Below, one piece after another: positions 26,724 to 36,981 of a stretch of DNA of 64,000 nucleotides. Both the position numbers and the translations under genes were made by a program. The stretch spans positions 1-64,000 of the forward strand of contig JAAOZP010000010.1 in NCBI GenBank assembly GCA_011605725.1, written 5' to 3'. The notes under the pieces were generated by a model. The model did not search any database, had not been told where the DNA came from, and worked only from the letters and a program-made list of their open reading frames with translations. Positions within the stretch are counted from its first letter, which is position 1; each line of letters starts with the position of its first letter. This DNA is from Nitrososphaerota archaeon. GTDB lineage: Archaea; Thermoproteota; EX4484-205; JAAOZP01.

Positions 26724-27897
26724 TAATTCTAACAAGTTCAACAAGCCCGGCATCAGTCCTTATACAGTTGTTATCGAAACCACTTCTGCACGCTTTGAAA
26801 CCTTCTTTTAAAAGTCTCTCTATGATAAGGCTTCTGCTTGGAGGGTTAACGCGCAGGCTTGAAGCCAGCCCGGTTAAATCAATGCTCCCAATAATCTTCT
26901 GATTGTCGGACACTAGGATTTCAAGATTTTTGAAGACATCTTTATCCACTAGTGTTTTCTCTGTTTTCTGAAGCAGCATTTTCTCAATCCATTCTCTGGA
27001 GTATGTCTCACCTGTATAAAGTGGGCCTAACAGTAGAGAATCACTATTGCCGATTTCTTCAACGTCAACCACGCCAAGCGGTTCATATATTTTCCCGATC
27101 CTTCTCACTTTAAGAAACTTGATTTGCGAAACGCTTTTGAAAGCATGTTTCCTACCCTTCAAAACTTTTACGAAAACTTTAACATAGTGTCTTCTTGTAA
27201 CTGAAACAATAGGGTCTATTCCTCTTTCACTCCTCGCCGCAGCCTCAGCCACTGCTTTGAGCAGAACCCTGACCCCGATCTCTCGCATGAAACCGGTTTT
27301 TAAAACATTTACACCGTAAAGCATTCTTGCAGCCCGTTTATGCACGCCGAAAAGATTGGCAGTGTCGGTAGCTGTCACGCTTAACACACCGCCGTGTTTA
27401 ACAGCGTGAAAACAGGTGTCGAGAAACCCGACAGGTGTACCGAAAGGATCTAGGTCAAGCATGTCAAACCTGTTGCCGCTAAGGGAATGCGCAATATGAA
27501 AAATATTCGCATCCATTTTAGAGGCGTGCAACCTGTCTTCAAGCCTGTTCATCCTAGCATTCATAACTATGGTTGCAAAAGCTCTTCCGCTTGAGTCGTT
27601 TGCATAGGCCTCGTCCCATCCGGCCTCCGTAAGAACCCTTATCGATCTTACTCCTACGCCTGCCATAGAGTCTCCGAAACAAAGGTTCCGCTCAACCTCC
27701 CTCCTGATCACGTTGGCAACGAGAACTGTGAGATCCCTGTTCTCCTTCATTAAAGGATTGTAGAATACAGGTGCCCTGGAAGGAACGTATTCGTTCGGAG
27801 AAACCCTGTAGTAATCCAGCTTAGGAACAATTACTTCGACCATCCCCTCCCTGATGGTCATTGTTTCGAAATCAACTTCGTTCCCGGGTTTCTCCAC
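26710..27897 (-). CDS. trm1: tRNA (G26-N2)-dimethyltransferase Trm1
   Basis: PVFYNPLM..NRD, GVRSIR, DLDPFGTP, VTATD, E.GVRVL, RTDA. Confidence 0.93.
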   Translation of the reverse strand: MEKPGNEVDFETMTIREGMVEVIVPKLDYYRVSPNEYVPSRAPVFYNPLMKENRDLTVLVANVIRREVERNLCFGDSMAGVGVRSIRVLTEAGWDEAYANDSSGRAFATIVMNARMNRLEDRLHASKMDANIFHIAHSLSGNRFDMLDLDPFGTPVGFLDTCFHAVKHGGVLSVTATDTANLFGVHKRAARMLYGVNVLKTGFMREIGVRVLLKAVAEAAARSERGIDPIVSVTRRHYVKVFVKVLKGRKHAFKSVSQIKFLKVRRIGKIYEPLGVVDVEEIGNSDSLLLGPLYTGETYSREWIEKMLLQKTEKTLVDKDVFKNLEILVSDNQKIIGSIDLTGLASSLRVNPPSRSLIIERLLKEGFKACRSGFDNNCIRTDAGLVELVRIIRSL

Positions 27898-27975
27898 GTT
27901 TTTCAGTATCCGTCAACCCTCTTAAAACTGTTGAGGAAACCCTTTTAACTATCCTGAAATCTCAAAACGCCAGTA

Positions 27976-29316
27976 ATGTATGACGTATGTGTAGCAGGCG
28001 CAGGCGTGGCTGGTGCCACGCTTGCCAGGGAAGCAGCTAGAAGGGGGCTGAAGGTTCTGCTCATCGACAGGTCTACGATGGAGAAGGTTGGTGACAAGGT
28101 TTGCGGGGATGCACTGGGGTCACACCATTTGGATAGACTTGGGTTAACCCTCCCGTCTGAAACCTATTTCTCCATGTACCCAGGTATAGAGATATACTCT
28201 CCAGACATGCGTAGTTGCCTCAGCATAATTGCCGAGGGCTTAAGCGCATACGCTTTAAACAGGCTTAAATTCGGCCAGTTTCTCCTTAAACTGGCTTTAG
28301 ACGCTGGATGTGAATTTAAGCCGGAGACTCAGGTTAGAGGGCTGATCGTGGAGCAGGGTTGCGTGAAAGGGGTTAGACTGGCGGATAAGAATGGTGTTAA
28401 ACAGGATGTTTACGCGAAAGTGACCGTGGATGCTACTGGTGTTTCAAGAGCTCTCTGCAGAGAGCTTCAGGAAGCAGGTTTTGACCAAGAGCTTGACGAT
28501 GATGAAACACTGGTGTGCTACAGGGAGATCTTGGAAACGAGGTCAACGCCTCCCATCCCAGCCATCTACCTGGATATGGGTGATGCTCCCGGAGGCTACT
28601 TCTGGGTATTCCCAGAGGGAGAGGGGAGGGTTAACGCTGGTCTAGGTGTTACTAAGGGCTCAGCGAACCCTAAGCTTCTCTTCGAGAAATGGGTCGATAA
28701 GCTTCCTTGTCTCAAGGATAATATTGTTAAAGCTATCCATAAGGGTGGGGGAATAGTTCCCGCCAGGAGGCCCATAGACTCTGCTGTTTGGAACGGGTTC
28801 ATAGCGGTGGGAGACGCGGCTTTCATGGTTAACCCTCTTCACGGTGGTGGAATAGGGTCTTCAATGACCGGCGGCTTCCTTGCTGCTAGAGTTGCTGCAG
28901 AAGCTTTGGAGCAGGGTCGTGTTGACGAGGAAGCCCTATGGGGGTTCAACGTAGAGTACATGAGAAACTATGGTGTGAAACAAGCTGCTCTAGATGTTTT
29001 CAGGGTTTTCCTGCAAGGCTTGAACAATGAGCTGATAAATTACGGATTGGCTCAGGGACTTATCAAGAGCGAGGATCTTTTGGAAGCAAGCATGGGCGGG
29101 AAGCTTAGGCTTAACATCACTGAGAAGGCTTCAAGATTTTTCTCGGGCATCGGTAAACCAGGTTTTCTTCTGAAGCTTAACAGGACCGTTAAACTAATGG
29201 AGGATTTTAGACAGTTCTACATGGATTACCCGTCACGCCTGGATTTCGACCGGTGGAGAAGGAGGGTGAGAGCGTTCCACAACAGGGTTCACGAGGAAGT
29301 GGGAAAACCGTCTTAA
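27976..29316 (+). CDS. Digeranylgeranylglycerophospholipid (geranylgeranyl) reductase
   Basis: GAGVAG FAD motif, KVCGD, PGGYFWVFP, VGDAA..VNPLHGGGI. Confidence 0.92.
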   Translation: MYDVCVAGAGVAGATLAREAARRGLKVLLIDRSTMEKVGDKVCGDALGSHHLDRLGLTLPSETYFSMYPGIEIYSPDMRSCLSIIAEGLSAYALNRLKFGQFLLKLALDAGCEFKPETQVRGLIVEQGCVKGVRLADKNGVKQDVYAKVTVDATGVSRALCRELQEAGFDQELDDDETLVCYREILETRSTPPIPAIYLDMGDAPGGYFWVFPEGEGRVNAGLGVTKGSANPKLLFEKWVDKLPCLKDNIVKAIHKGGGIVPARRPIDSAVWNGFIAVGDAAFMVNPLHGGGIGSSMTGGFLAARVAAEALEQGRVDEEALWGFNVEYMRNYGVKQAALDVFRVFLQGLNNELINYGLAQGLIKSEDLLEASMGGKLRLNITEKASRFFSGIGKPGFLLKLNRTVKLMEDFRQFYMDYPSRLDFDRWRRRVRAFHNRVHEEVGKPS

Positions 29317-29368
29317 GCGCTATTTCTACGTCGATAAATACTGTGTCCAACCGTCTGCACCCGGGGAA

Positions 29369-30103
29369 ATGCTTATTACCCCTTTCTATGAAAATTTTCT
29401 CCGATTGGGTATCGCAGGCTTGAACGCTATTAGGCCCAGTAAATCGGAAGTAGTACTAACATTATTGAACAAATACTCATGCATATACGTTGCGACTCAG
29501 ACGCAAAGACTGTTATTCAACCCTTCCGAGATAAACATCGGTGGAATCGAGCCTGTAGATTACACATTAATAACTGACGAGCAGCCTGAGCATTTCGACG
29601 AGAACCTCATAACAGAATTATGCGTTCTCAAGAAGTCTGGGAAAATAATTGCTGACGAAACAAGCTACAGGATTCTCCGGTCACAGATCCCTAAGGAGAT
29701 GCTTGTCGCAGCAAAGCCTAACAAGCTGCTCGTAAGCAACGGGTTAATCATAAAATCATACCCAAGCGAGAACCCTGAGGCTTCTACGCCAGTAACGTAC
29801 ATGGTTACGCTTGAAAACGGATGTAAGATTTTCCAGACCGGTGCATCACCCGTGTCTAAAGCTTTGAAAAAGATAACGATGGAGGAGAAACCCGATATAA
29901 CGTTTATACCTGTAGGCTTCAGTCCTATGCTCAACGCTGCCTCATGGGTTGAGTCGGCAGAAAACTCTAACTCTAAAATCGTTATACCTTACCACGGCGA
30001 GGATCTTAGCCTTTTCCCACGTGTTGTTAAAAGGAAAGGCTTGAAAATAGGGGTTGTAATACTTAAAGTAGGAGAACCCTTTACGTATAGGGTCGGCCAG
30101 TAA
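29369..30103 (+). CDS. Metallo-beta-lactamase-fold protein with degenerate metal motif
   Basis: UlaG-like layout, but ITDEQPEH replaces THxHxDH; IFQTGA replaces HxGD; IPYH retained. Confidence 0.65.
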   Translation: MLITPFYENFLRLGIAGLNAIRPSKSEVVLTLLNKYSCIYVATQTQRLLFNPSEINIGGIEPVDYTLITDEQPEHFDENLITELCVLKKSGKIIADETSYRILRSQIPKEMLVAAKPNKLLVSNGLIIKSYPSENPEASTPVTYMVTLENGCKIFQTGASPVSKALKKITMEEKPDITFIPVGFSPMLNAASWVESAENSNSKIVIPYHGEDLSLFPRVVKRKGLKIGVVILKVGEPFTYRVGQ

Positions 30104-30243
30104 GACAGTCTCGCATGCTGGAAGCCGTATTAGTTTCAATAGCAATTCCCTTCTTAATGGACACGATGTTTTAGAATGATATTGCCTGTTTTCCAGCTGG
30201 AAAGGCTTAAAGATAAGTTGCTATACTTAAAACGTGAAGCTAT

Positions 30244-30834
30244 TTGTATAGCCTGGTCGACCTCGTGGCAAAAACACTCGTTAAGGCAGGCGGTTTTCTA
30301 GCATGGCCTGATAAGACTGATGAAGGAGTCTTGCAACCTTTTGTACTTGACCTTACTACGATCCTAAGCCATCCGCCTGTTTTCCTCCGGGTCGCATCCA
30401 ACCTTCTCCAGGTTGTTAGAAAGAAAGCCGGGTTGAAAAGCTTCGAGTTCGTCGCGGGAGTGCCCTTGGCTGGAATACCTTACGCGTCATTCCTCTGCGT
30501 TAAAACATGTAAACCCATGTTGCTTGTCAGGGAGAGAGGCGGTGGGAAGCTTGTAGAGGGTCCTTTAAAAATGGGGGATAGAGTACTAGTTGTTGATGAC
30601 TCTGTTGTGACAGGCAGACAGATACTGGAGACTGCTAGTAAAATCGTTTCGGAGGGAGGGGTGGTTGAGCAGGCTGTCGTAATAATATGTCAGAATAAGA
30701 ATGCTGTGAAAAGGCTGAAGAGCAAGGGGATAACTTTGCACGAGTTGATTGATTTCAAAAGCCTAGTTGGAAGTTTGAAGAAACTCGACGCTTTAACCGA
30801 AGAGGAATATAATTCTTTACTTTCCAATGTATAG
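30244..30834 (+). CDS. Orotate PRTase-like phosphoribosyltransferase (second paralog)
   Basis: VAGVPLAGIPY, VEG, VLVVDDSVVTG PRPP-binding loop. Confidence 0.8.
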   Translation: MYSLVDLVAKTLVKAGGFLAWPDKTDEGVLQPFVLDLTTILSHPPVFLRVASNLLQVVRKKAGLKSFEFVAGVPLAGIPYASFLCVKTCKPMLLVRERGGGKLVEGPLKMGDRVLVVDDSVVTGRQILETASKIVSEGGVVEQAVVIICQNKNAVKRLKSKGITLHELIDFKSLVGSLKKLDALTEEEYNSLLSNV

Positions 30835-30848
30835 AAAACATTAGCGCG

Positions 30849-30858
30849 AGCGCGCGCT
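30849..30858. repeat. Palindrome AGCGCGCGCT(AT) in host intergenic DNA
   Basis: Same core as the element sites; lies between convergent genes. Confidence 0.5.
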
Positions 30859-30960
30859 ATACCAATGTTTAGAACGTCGTTAGTCATGCGAGGACTAAAG
30901 GATTATGACCGTATGCTACATCTGTTACCCTTAGTTGGAAGCATTAAATATAATGTGCAG

Positions 30961-31671
30961 CTATGTTTTCGTCTTGGGTTTAGATGCTTCAGACTCCTCT
31001 ATCAGCGGAATTATCTCCTCAACGCAGAACTTTATGAATGAGGCAGGGTCGATCCTGCTGAAGATCGTTACGACAGCATCCCTAGTGATACCTGCAACAT
31101 ATCCTGTTTTTCTGTGAGAAATAACTAAATACCATATGTTTCCATGTTTCAAGTATTCTGTGAACAGACTTGTGTTAGCGAGCGATGGCCCGTATAGCGA
31201 GAGCTTCTTAATATTAGGTATATCAACATCGTCGAAGAAAACTACTTTGACAGCATCACTATTCGCATTATGATAATTCAACATTACTTCTGGGGAAATC
31301 CTGGCTTCAACAATCCTGCCGCTTTTAAGAAAGATCACTTGGCTAAACATGTTGGCAACCATGTTTGCAACAGGTTTTTTCTCCAACACTATTAGGAAGA
31401 CTCTCCTCCTTCTGAAAGCGAAGCTGAAAACTGAGTCAACTGTTTTAGCAACTATTTCTGTCCTATCCCTTCTCTTAATCGTCAGAGGCACATCTCTACT
31501 AATAATTCCCTCCAGCATGTTTTGGGAAGCCTTCAGCTCAGCAATCTCAGTCATCAGACTTAGGTCAACTCCCTCTAACGGTGTTTCAACCCTGTAACCC
31601 TTAAGCCTCTGGGCAATATCGCTCTGAGACAGGTACTCATCCAGTCTGAATATCTTTCCTGCAGTAACCAT
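30961..31671 (-). CDS. Conserved-looking hypothetical alpha/beta protein, divergent from the SMC-like gene
   Basis: 236-aa ORF with host codon style; no family securely recognised. Confidence 0.7.
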   Translation of the reverse strand: MVTAGKIFRLDEYLSQSDIAQRLKGYRVETPLEGVDLSLMTEIAELKASQNMLEGIISRDVPLTIKRRDRTEIVAKTVDSVFSFAFRRRRVFLIVLEKKPVANMVANMFSQVIFLKSGRIVEARISPEVMLNYHNANSDAVKVVFFDDVDIPNIKKLSLYGPSLANTSLFTEYLKHGNIWYLVISHRKTGYVAGITRDAVVTIFSRIDPASFIKFCVEEIIPLIEESEASKPKTKT

Positions 31672-32084
31672 TCTCTTACATAAAGCTAAGTATCTCTTTT
31701 TAACCGTTTTCAGCCTGGTCTTAACAAGTTATTCCTTGCAATGCGGTACGCGCGAAGCAGAATACAGATAGTTGGCAGCATTTTTAGCTCTAAAACACGT
31801 TTTTTAACCGGCTTAAGCCTGACGGCTCCTGATTCACTGCCGCCGAGCGTCTAAAAATGGTGGTTAAGCTGTTTCAATGTGAACGTATTTCCTCTATTAA
31901 TGAATGAGAAGAACCGTTTGACATAAACAAGCATTGTCTTACTGGATGTGGAGCAGTTTGGTTTATTTTTGAAAAACTTTTCTAAAATCTGGTGGAAAGC
32001 TCCGCCTAACGATTATTAAAGGTTTACTAGCGCGTAGCCTGATGCAAAAATCTTATTTAAGCCCTCGAAGCCTTTAAAACACTG

Positions 32085-33860
32085 GTGGAAACTACAGAGC
32101 AGGAAAAAAGTCTCCGGCTGAAAGAAGTTCGACTTGAAAACTTCATGAGTTACAAGTATGCCACTATACCTGTTCGCCCTAAGCTTAACCTTATTCTTGG
32201 TCCCAACGGGTCCGGTAAGTCGTCAATACTCTTGGCTGTTTCCGTTGGCCTTGGCCAGTCTAGGAGCGGCAGGGCTGAGAAGCTCAGCGACCTGATTAGG
32301 AATGGGGAGGATATTGCTAGGGTTACACTGGTGTTCGACAATTCTCCGGGGCAGGATGGGAAAAGGCCTGTTCCATTCATAAGGTCAGACGAGCTCGTTA
32401 TAACCAGGTACTTGAGGAGAGATGGGGAGTACTGGAGCCAGATTAACTATAATCCTGCTACAAAGATAGAGGTTGAAGAAATCCTCTCCCTCTTCGGCAT
32501 AGATCCGTCCAACATGCTGATAATCATGCATCAATACATGATTGAGGAGTTTGCCTCTCTTGAACCGTCTGAAAAGCTTAGGCTTGTTGAGGGTGCTGTC
32601 GGCCTGTCTGGGCTTAGGGAGAACATTAAGGCCTCGCAGGAGAGGCTTAGCAGGATTATCAGCGAGGAGAAGTCTGTTGAAGCACTTCTAAACGAGGCTC
32701 GTGAGACGCTGGGAATGTGGAGGGCGGAGTACGAGAAGCTTGTTAAGAAGAGGGAGCTCCAGGCTCTTCACGCCGAGTTGAACAGGCTTCTTAAATGGAG
32801 TATATATAGCCAGCTTAACGCTGAAAAGGCTAGGCTTGAGGAGAATGTTTATAGGCTTGAGACTAGGATTGCTGAGGGGAACCGGGTTGTCTCCCGGACT
32901 TTGGAGAAGTGTGATAAGGTTTGGAGCAGACTGAATAAGGTTAGGATGAAGCTTAAAAGAGTCTTTTTCAAAGCCTCTGAAAAAGGGTTTGACGACAGTC
33001 TTATCGACGAGTATAGTAGGCTGGATGAGGAGATAACTCGGTTAATTAAGAGCTATGTGAGGCTTAACGTTAAGGCGGAAGTCTTGAAATACAGGATCAG
33101 GGAGCTTGAAAGGGAGCGTCGCAGAATTCAGGAGAGGATTAAAGCTGTGGAAGACAGGGTTAAGGAAGTCAGGGAGCAGCTTGAAGGCGAAGCACCCAGG
33201 GAGACTGATCCTCCCGATGTCTTGGAGAAAAAGATTAACGACTGTATTATTCAAATAGCATCGCTCGGCACGGTCAGCGAGAACGCTGAAGAGCTTTACA
33301 AAAATTATCTCAATGTTTACAGTGATCTTGAGCAGAAGGTTAAGATGATAGTTGAAAACAGGAGGGCTGCTGAAAACGAGCTTAAAGACAGGATGGAAAT
33401 ATGGAGGAGGAAGGTTGTTGAGACGATAAGCAAGGTTAACGAAGGGTTTAGGAGAAACATGGAGGTGATGGGGGGGACAGGCGAATTAAGACTTGTGAAC
33501 TTGGAGGATATTGAGAATGCTGGCCTAACCATCTTCGTAAGCTTTGGCGGCACTAACCTGACAGAGTTTAACGCCTACACTCAGAGCGGTGGTGAGAGGA
33601 GCGCGACAGTCGTATCGTTCCTAATGGCTTTACAATCGTTAGTTCGATCAAGCATTAGAGGGATCGATGAATTGGATGTACATATGGATCCAATGAATAG
33701 GATAAAATTTTTCAAAATATTATCGGATGTGGTTGAGAAGAATCCTGGTGTGGCGTACTTCTGTATCACTCCCGGGACTCCGCCCCCGGTTAAGGATGCT
33801 CATGTTATTGTTGTCCAGAAAGTTCAGGATGAGTCACGAATATTGGAAGTTGAACAGTAA
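32085..33860 (+). CDS. Short SMC-like ATPase, ClsN (coalescin)/SMC5-6-related
   Basis: LENFMSY, GPNGSGKSS, GRAEKLSDLI, QSGGERS, MALQ, IDELDVHMDPMNR, ITP; ~590 aa; no hinge or CxxC hook. Confidence 0.85.
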   Translation: METTEQEKSLRLKEVRLENFMSYKYATIPVRPKLNLILGPNGSGKSSILLAVSVGLGQSRSGRAEKLSDLIRNGEDIARVTLVFDNSPGQDGKRPVPFIRSDELVITRYLRRDGEYWSQINYNPATKIEVEEILSLFGIDPSNMLIIMHQYMIEEFASLEPSEKLRLVEGAVGLSGLRENIKASQERLSRIISEEKSVEALLNEARETLGMWRAEYEKLVKKRELQALHAELNRLLKWSIYSQLNAEKARLEENVYRLETRIAEGNRVVSRTLEKCDKVWSRLNKVRMKLKRVFFKASEKGFDDSLIDEYSRLDEEITRLIKSYVRLNVKAEVLKYRIRELERERRRIQERIKAVEDRVKEVREQLEGEAPRETDPPDVLEKKINDCIIQIASLGTVSENAEELYKNYLNVYSDLEQKVKMIVENRRAAENELKDRMEIWRRKVVETISKVNEGFRRNMEVMGGTGELRLVNLEDIENAGLTIFVSFGGTNLTEFNAYTQSGGERSATVVSFLMALQSLVRSSIRGIDELDVHMDPMNRIKFFKILSDVVEKNPGVAYFCITPGTPPPVKDAHVIVVQKVQDESRILEVEQ

Positions 33861-33870
33861 AGCATGTCTT

Positions 33871-35037
33871 TTATTGCTCGTTCTCAAGGGATTTGGGCTT
33901 GAAATTGTTTATCAGTTCAATAGCATTTTTAATATCCTCCTCTTTCGCTCCAAAGCTTATTCTCACATGATTCTCACCATGAGGACCGAAGCCTTCGCCC
34001 GGAGCCAGAACGACTCCTGTCTCCCTTGCCAGTTCAAGGCAGAACTTGAAGGATTTAAACGGTACGTATGGGAACATGTAGAGCGAGCCCTGCGGCTCAT
34101 AGACATTCAACAGATCCATTCTTCTAAAGCCCTGCATAAACATTCTTAGGCGCTTCTCAACATTCATCCTCACGTATTCAGTTATTTCATCGATGAAGGG
34201 AAGTGTCTTTAATACTACGCGTTGCCCTAGTGTGTTTGACGTCAGGGAGGTGGCGTATCTAACCATGCCTGCCCTGCTTATCATGTTTTTATCGGAGGCT
34301 ACGAACCCTAACCTCAAGCCAGTTATACCCATGTTTTTCGAGAAGCTTCCTATGATAATAGTGTTTTCAAGACTGGCGTCGAAGCTTCCGGGGCTTACGG
34401 GCTTGTTTCCGTTGAAAAATATTTCTAAATAAGTTTCATCGGAAACAATTATGGAATCATTCTCCCGAGCATGCTCAACGAGCTTCTCCATGTCTCTTGG
34501 TGGAATAACTTTTCCAGTGGGATTGTTTGGAGAGCAAACTAGGATAAGGCTACGCCTGTCTTTCTCCCCAGCAACTTGACTGCTAACTTCTGAGTCCTGA
34601 CTGTAATAGTCTATCGTAACATCGTCGAAAAGGTTTGCCGCAATAGTGTGTTGGGGGTAAGTGGGATCAGGTAGAACAATCCTGTCTCCAGGATCAAGCA
34701 CGGTCATTAATGATACTAGAAACGCTTCCGAAGCCCCTGCAGTCACCAGAATGTTTTCAGCTTTAACATCTAAGCCTCTGCTTTCCATCAGGTATTCGGC
34801 TATCAGGCTTCTAAGCTCATTGAACCCTTCTACCGGAGGATATGTAAGGCTGCTTTCCTCAGAAGCCTTCCTGACAGCATCCTTTACTAAAGGGTGTGGT
34901 TCTATGAAAATGTCCCCTACGCTAAGGTTCATCACGGCACTTCTCCTAGATGCTGCTTCTTTCAAAATCCTTCTGTGAGGCGGCTCGACAATCCTACTTA
35001 TTCTGGAAGCTATTTTCAACCCGGTTTTCCACGACAT
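33871..35037 (-). CDS. Class I/II PLP-dependent aminotransferase
   Basis: VTAGASEA, SPNNPTG, SDETY, SFSK..GITGLRLG, APGEGFG, VRISF. Confidence 0.93.
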   Translation of the reverse strand: MSWKTGLKIASRISRIVEPPHRRILKEAASRRSAVMNLSVGDIFIEPHPLVKDAVRKASEESSLTYPPVEGFNELRSLIAEYLMESRGLDVKAENILVTAGASEAFLVSLMTVLDPGDRIVLPDPTYPQHTIAANLFDDVTIDYYSQDSEVSSQVAGEKDRRSLILVCSPNNPTGKVIPPRDMEKLVEHARENDSIIVSDETYLEIFFNGNKPVSPGSFDASLENTIIIGSFSKNMGITGLRLGFVASDKNMISRAGMVRYATSLTSNTLGQRVVLKTLPFIDEITEYVRMNVEKRLRMFMQGFRRMDLLNVYEPQGSLYMFPYVPFKSFKFCLELARETGVVLAPGEGFGPHGENHVRISFGAKEEDIKNAIELINNFKPKSLENEQ

Positions 35038-35074
35038 GTCCTGCTTTTAAAGCTTAAGCTAAGTATATGGATTC

Positions 35075-36976
35075 TTATTTTTCTTGTTCCGGGGGAATGG
35101 GTGGCATGTAGTGTATTTCGCAGTGTCTTCCAGGAATGATGCTGCGAATCTTCTCAAGCAGCATGGGAAAAGCCTCCGGAGGGAGAGACATGTCTTTAAG
35201 AAACTTTTTTGCGAGTAAAGCTGCTTCCTGATTCTTATCCTTATCTCCAGGCAGGACTGCCGCATATTTTCTGCACCTTGTCTTTACCTTGCTTAGACTT
35301 CCGTAAACCACTTCACCATCATCTGAAACGCCGATCCAAAGCTTAAGCTCCACATCTCTAATGAAGTTCTTCTCCCCTCTTATCATGAATGCTCCTTTGG
35401 GTAGGTATTGACCAGGAGGAGCCTGCTTGCTGACCTGGTTCCCCCTAACCCAGTAGACATCTAGGGAAGAATACTTATTCTCCCAAGCCTTTGAGGTGTA
35501 GCATGCTGCCATGAGCGCGGCCTCTTCAAGTTCTTCCTTTGAAGGATTTTCAACATTGTGTATGGTTACGAACGGTGCTCCTGTGAAGTCTGCATGAAAC
35601 ACTATGCTTCTGTCTGAAACATGCTTTTTGACGAGGAGCTCGTTTGTCCCAGAATCCTTGCCGGCTAGAATAAGGTTTCCGTTAACCGATAAGTTCCACC
35701 GAAACTTCTCAAACCATTTTCTTTCAACCCTCTTCTCAGGAACCATTTTTCTCCTTTCAACGGACGTCTTCTCCTTGAGCTGAACAATCTTATCATTAAT
35801 CTCGGAGAGATGTTTCTCTATTTTCTTAGCCTCTTCAAACATGCTGGAGGCGTTTAACGCGGCTGAGGAATCCATGTTAAGCTTAAACTCTGAATTGTTA
35901 AACAGTATTTTAACGATTCTTCTTTCATAGTTGGTTTCAAGAATCTTGAAACCGGCAGGTACTTCCCTCCTGTTCTTTACAGCGTCTAAAACTGTTTGAA
36001 AGTCCGCAAGGTTCTCCATGATGATTCTGGCTTTATTCCTCAGCGCTTCTACTTCGGAGGCAAGGTTCTCCCTTATTCCAACTAGCCTGCTAAGCTCTAA
36101 AGACGATTTCTCATGCTTGACGACTTCAAACCCCAGTGTAGCATAGTATTCGTCTAAAGCTTCTGAAACGGTTTCAACCTCCTTCTGCTCCATATTCTCC
36201 AGGGAGAGAAGCCTTATTCCAGACACTTCCACCGGACGGCCATTACAATAATAGATCCGTGGCTTCGGAGACTCCTCAGCCTCCTTGATGAGCATACGCA
36301 TGGTTTCGATTGCAAGAGGAATCTTTCCTTCAACGCTTGAGTCAGGATTAAGCCCCGTCCTCCTGCATATCTCGCTCATTGTTTTAGATCCGAAGCCCAG
36401 CTTGCCTGCGATCAACCTGCTGAGTTTTTCAGAAGAATATTCCTGCAGAGCTTCTAGGTTTCCGTCAGCCACCCTGGGGTCGAATATGTTAGACGGTGGG
36501 AAAACGTATTTCTCTCCCTCTCTCAGTGTTCTCGCTTTCGTCTCGACCCTCTGAGAAGTAAAGAGGATACGCCAGTCTTCAGAGACGAGGACGATGACGC
36601 CGCGTCTCAATCCTTCTATGATAAGCCTAGCTTTAAACCCTCTCTTAGAGAGGTTCATGATTATAATCCTGTCGAAGTCATACTGTTCCACGCTCTCAAC
36701 CCTAAGGTTGCAGACTATCCTCCTCAGCTTCAATACTCTGTCTTCAGGAGTGCTTGGAACTGGGTATTCATGGCGAGTTAGAAACAATGATTCCCCAGGT
36801 ATCATTACTAGCTTCTTGACAATCCCACTGTTTCTGAAAACCATCAGATAATACCCGTACTCAGGATTACTATACACATTGTCAACCCATGCTCCCTGGA
36901 GTTCCCTGGAAAGCTCCTTGGAGAGCACTAGGTAGTCGATGCTGGAAAGACTTATTTTCATAGGTTTCAAGCTCAA
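35075..36976 (-). CDS. rqcH: RqcH/NFACT ribosome quality-control protein
   Basis: LRR, QYDFDRII, WFEKFRW, AGKDSGTNELLVKKH, FHAD..GAP, P.GQYLPKGAFMIRG. Confidence 0.93.
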   Translation of the reverse strand: MSLKPMKISLSSIDYLVLSKELSRELQGAWVDNVYSNPEYGYYLMVFRNSGIVKKLVMIPGESLFLTRHEYPVPSTPEDRVLKLRRIVCNLRVESVEQYDFDRIIIMNLSKRGFKARLIIEGLRRGVIVLVSEDWRILFTSQRVETKARTLREGEKYVFPPSNIFDPRVADGNLEALQEYSSEKLSRLIAGKLGFGSKTMSEICRRTGLNPDSSVEGKIPLAIETMRMLIKEAEESPKPRIYYCNGRPVEVSGIRLLSLENMEQKEVETVSEALDEYYATLGFEVVKHEKSSLELSRLVGIRENLASEVEALRNKARIIMENLADFQTVLDAVKNRREVPAGFKILETNYERRIVKILFNNSEFKLNMDSSAALNASSMFEEAKKIEKHLSEINDKIVQLKEKTSVERRKMVPEKRVERKWFEKFRWNLSVNGNLILAGKDSGTNELLVKKHVSDRSIVFHADFTGAPFVTIHNVENPSKEELEEAALMAACYTSKAWENKYSSLDVYWVRGNQVSKQAPPGQYLPKGAFMIRGEKNFIRDVELKLWIGVSDDGEVVYGSLSKVKTRCRKYAAVLPGDKDKNQEAALLAKKFLKDMSLPPEAFPMLLEKIRSIIPGRHCEIHYMPPIPPEQEK

Positions 36977-36981
36977 GATGA

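Noticed and set aside
31672-32084. 412-bp intergenic region as ncRNA or origin
   Set aside because: No recognisable RNA motif, ORB or repeat; best explained as divergent promoters
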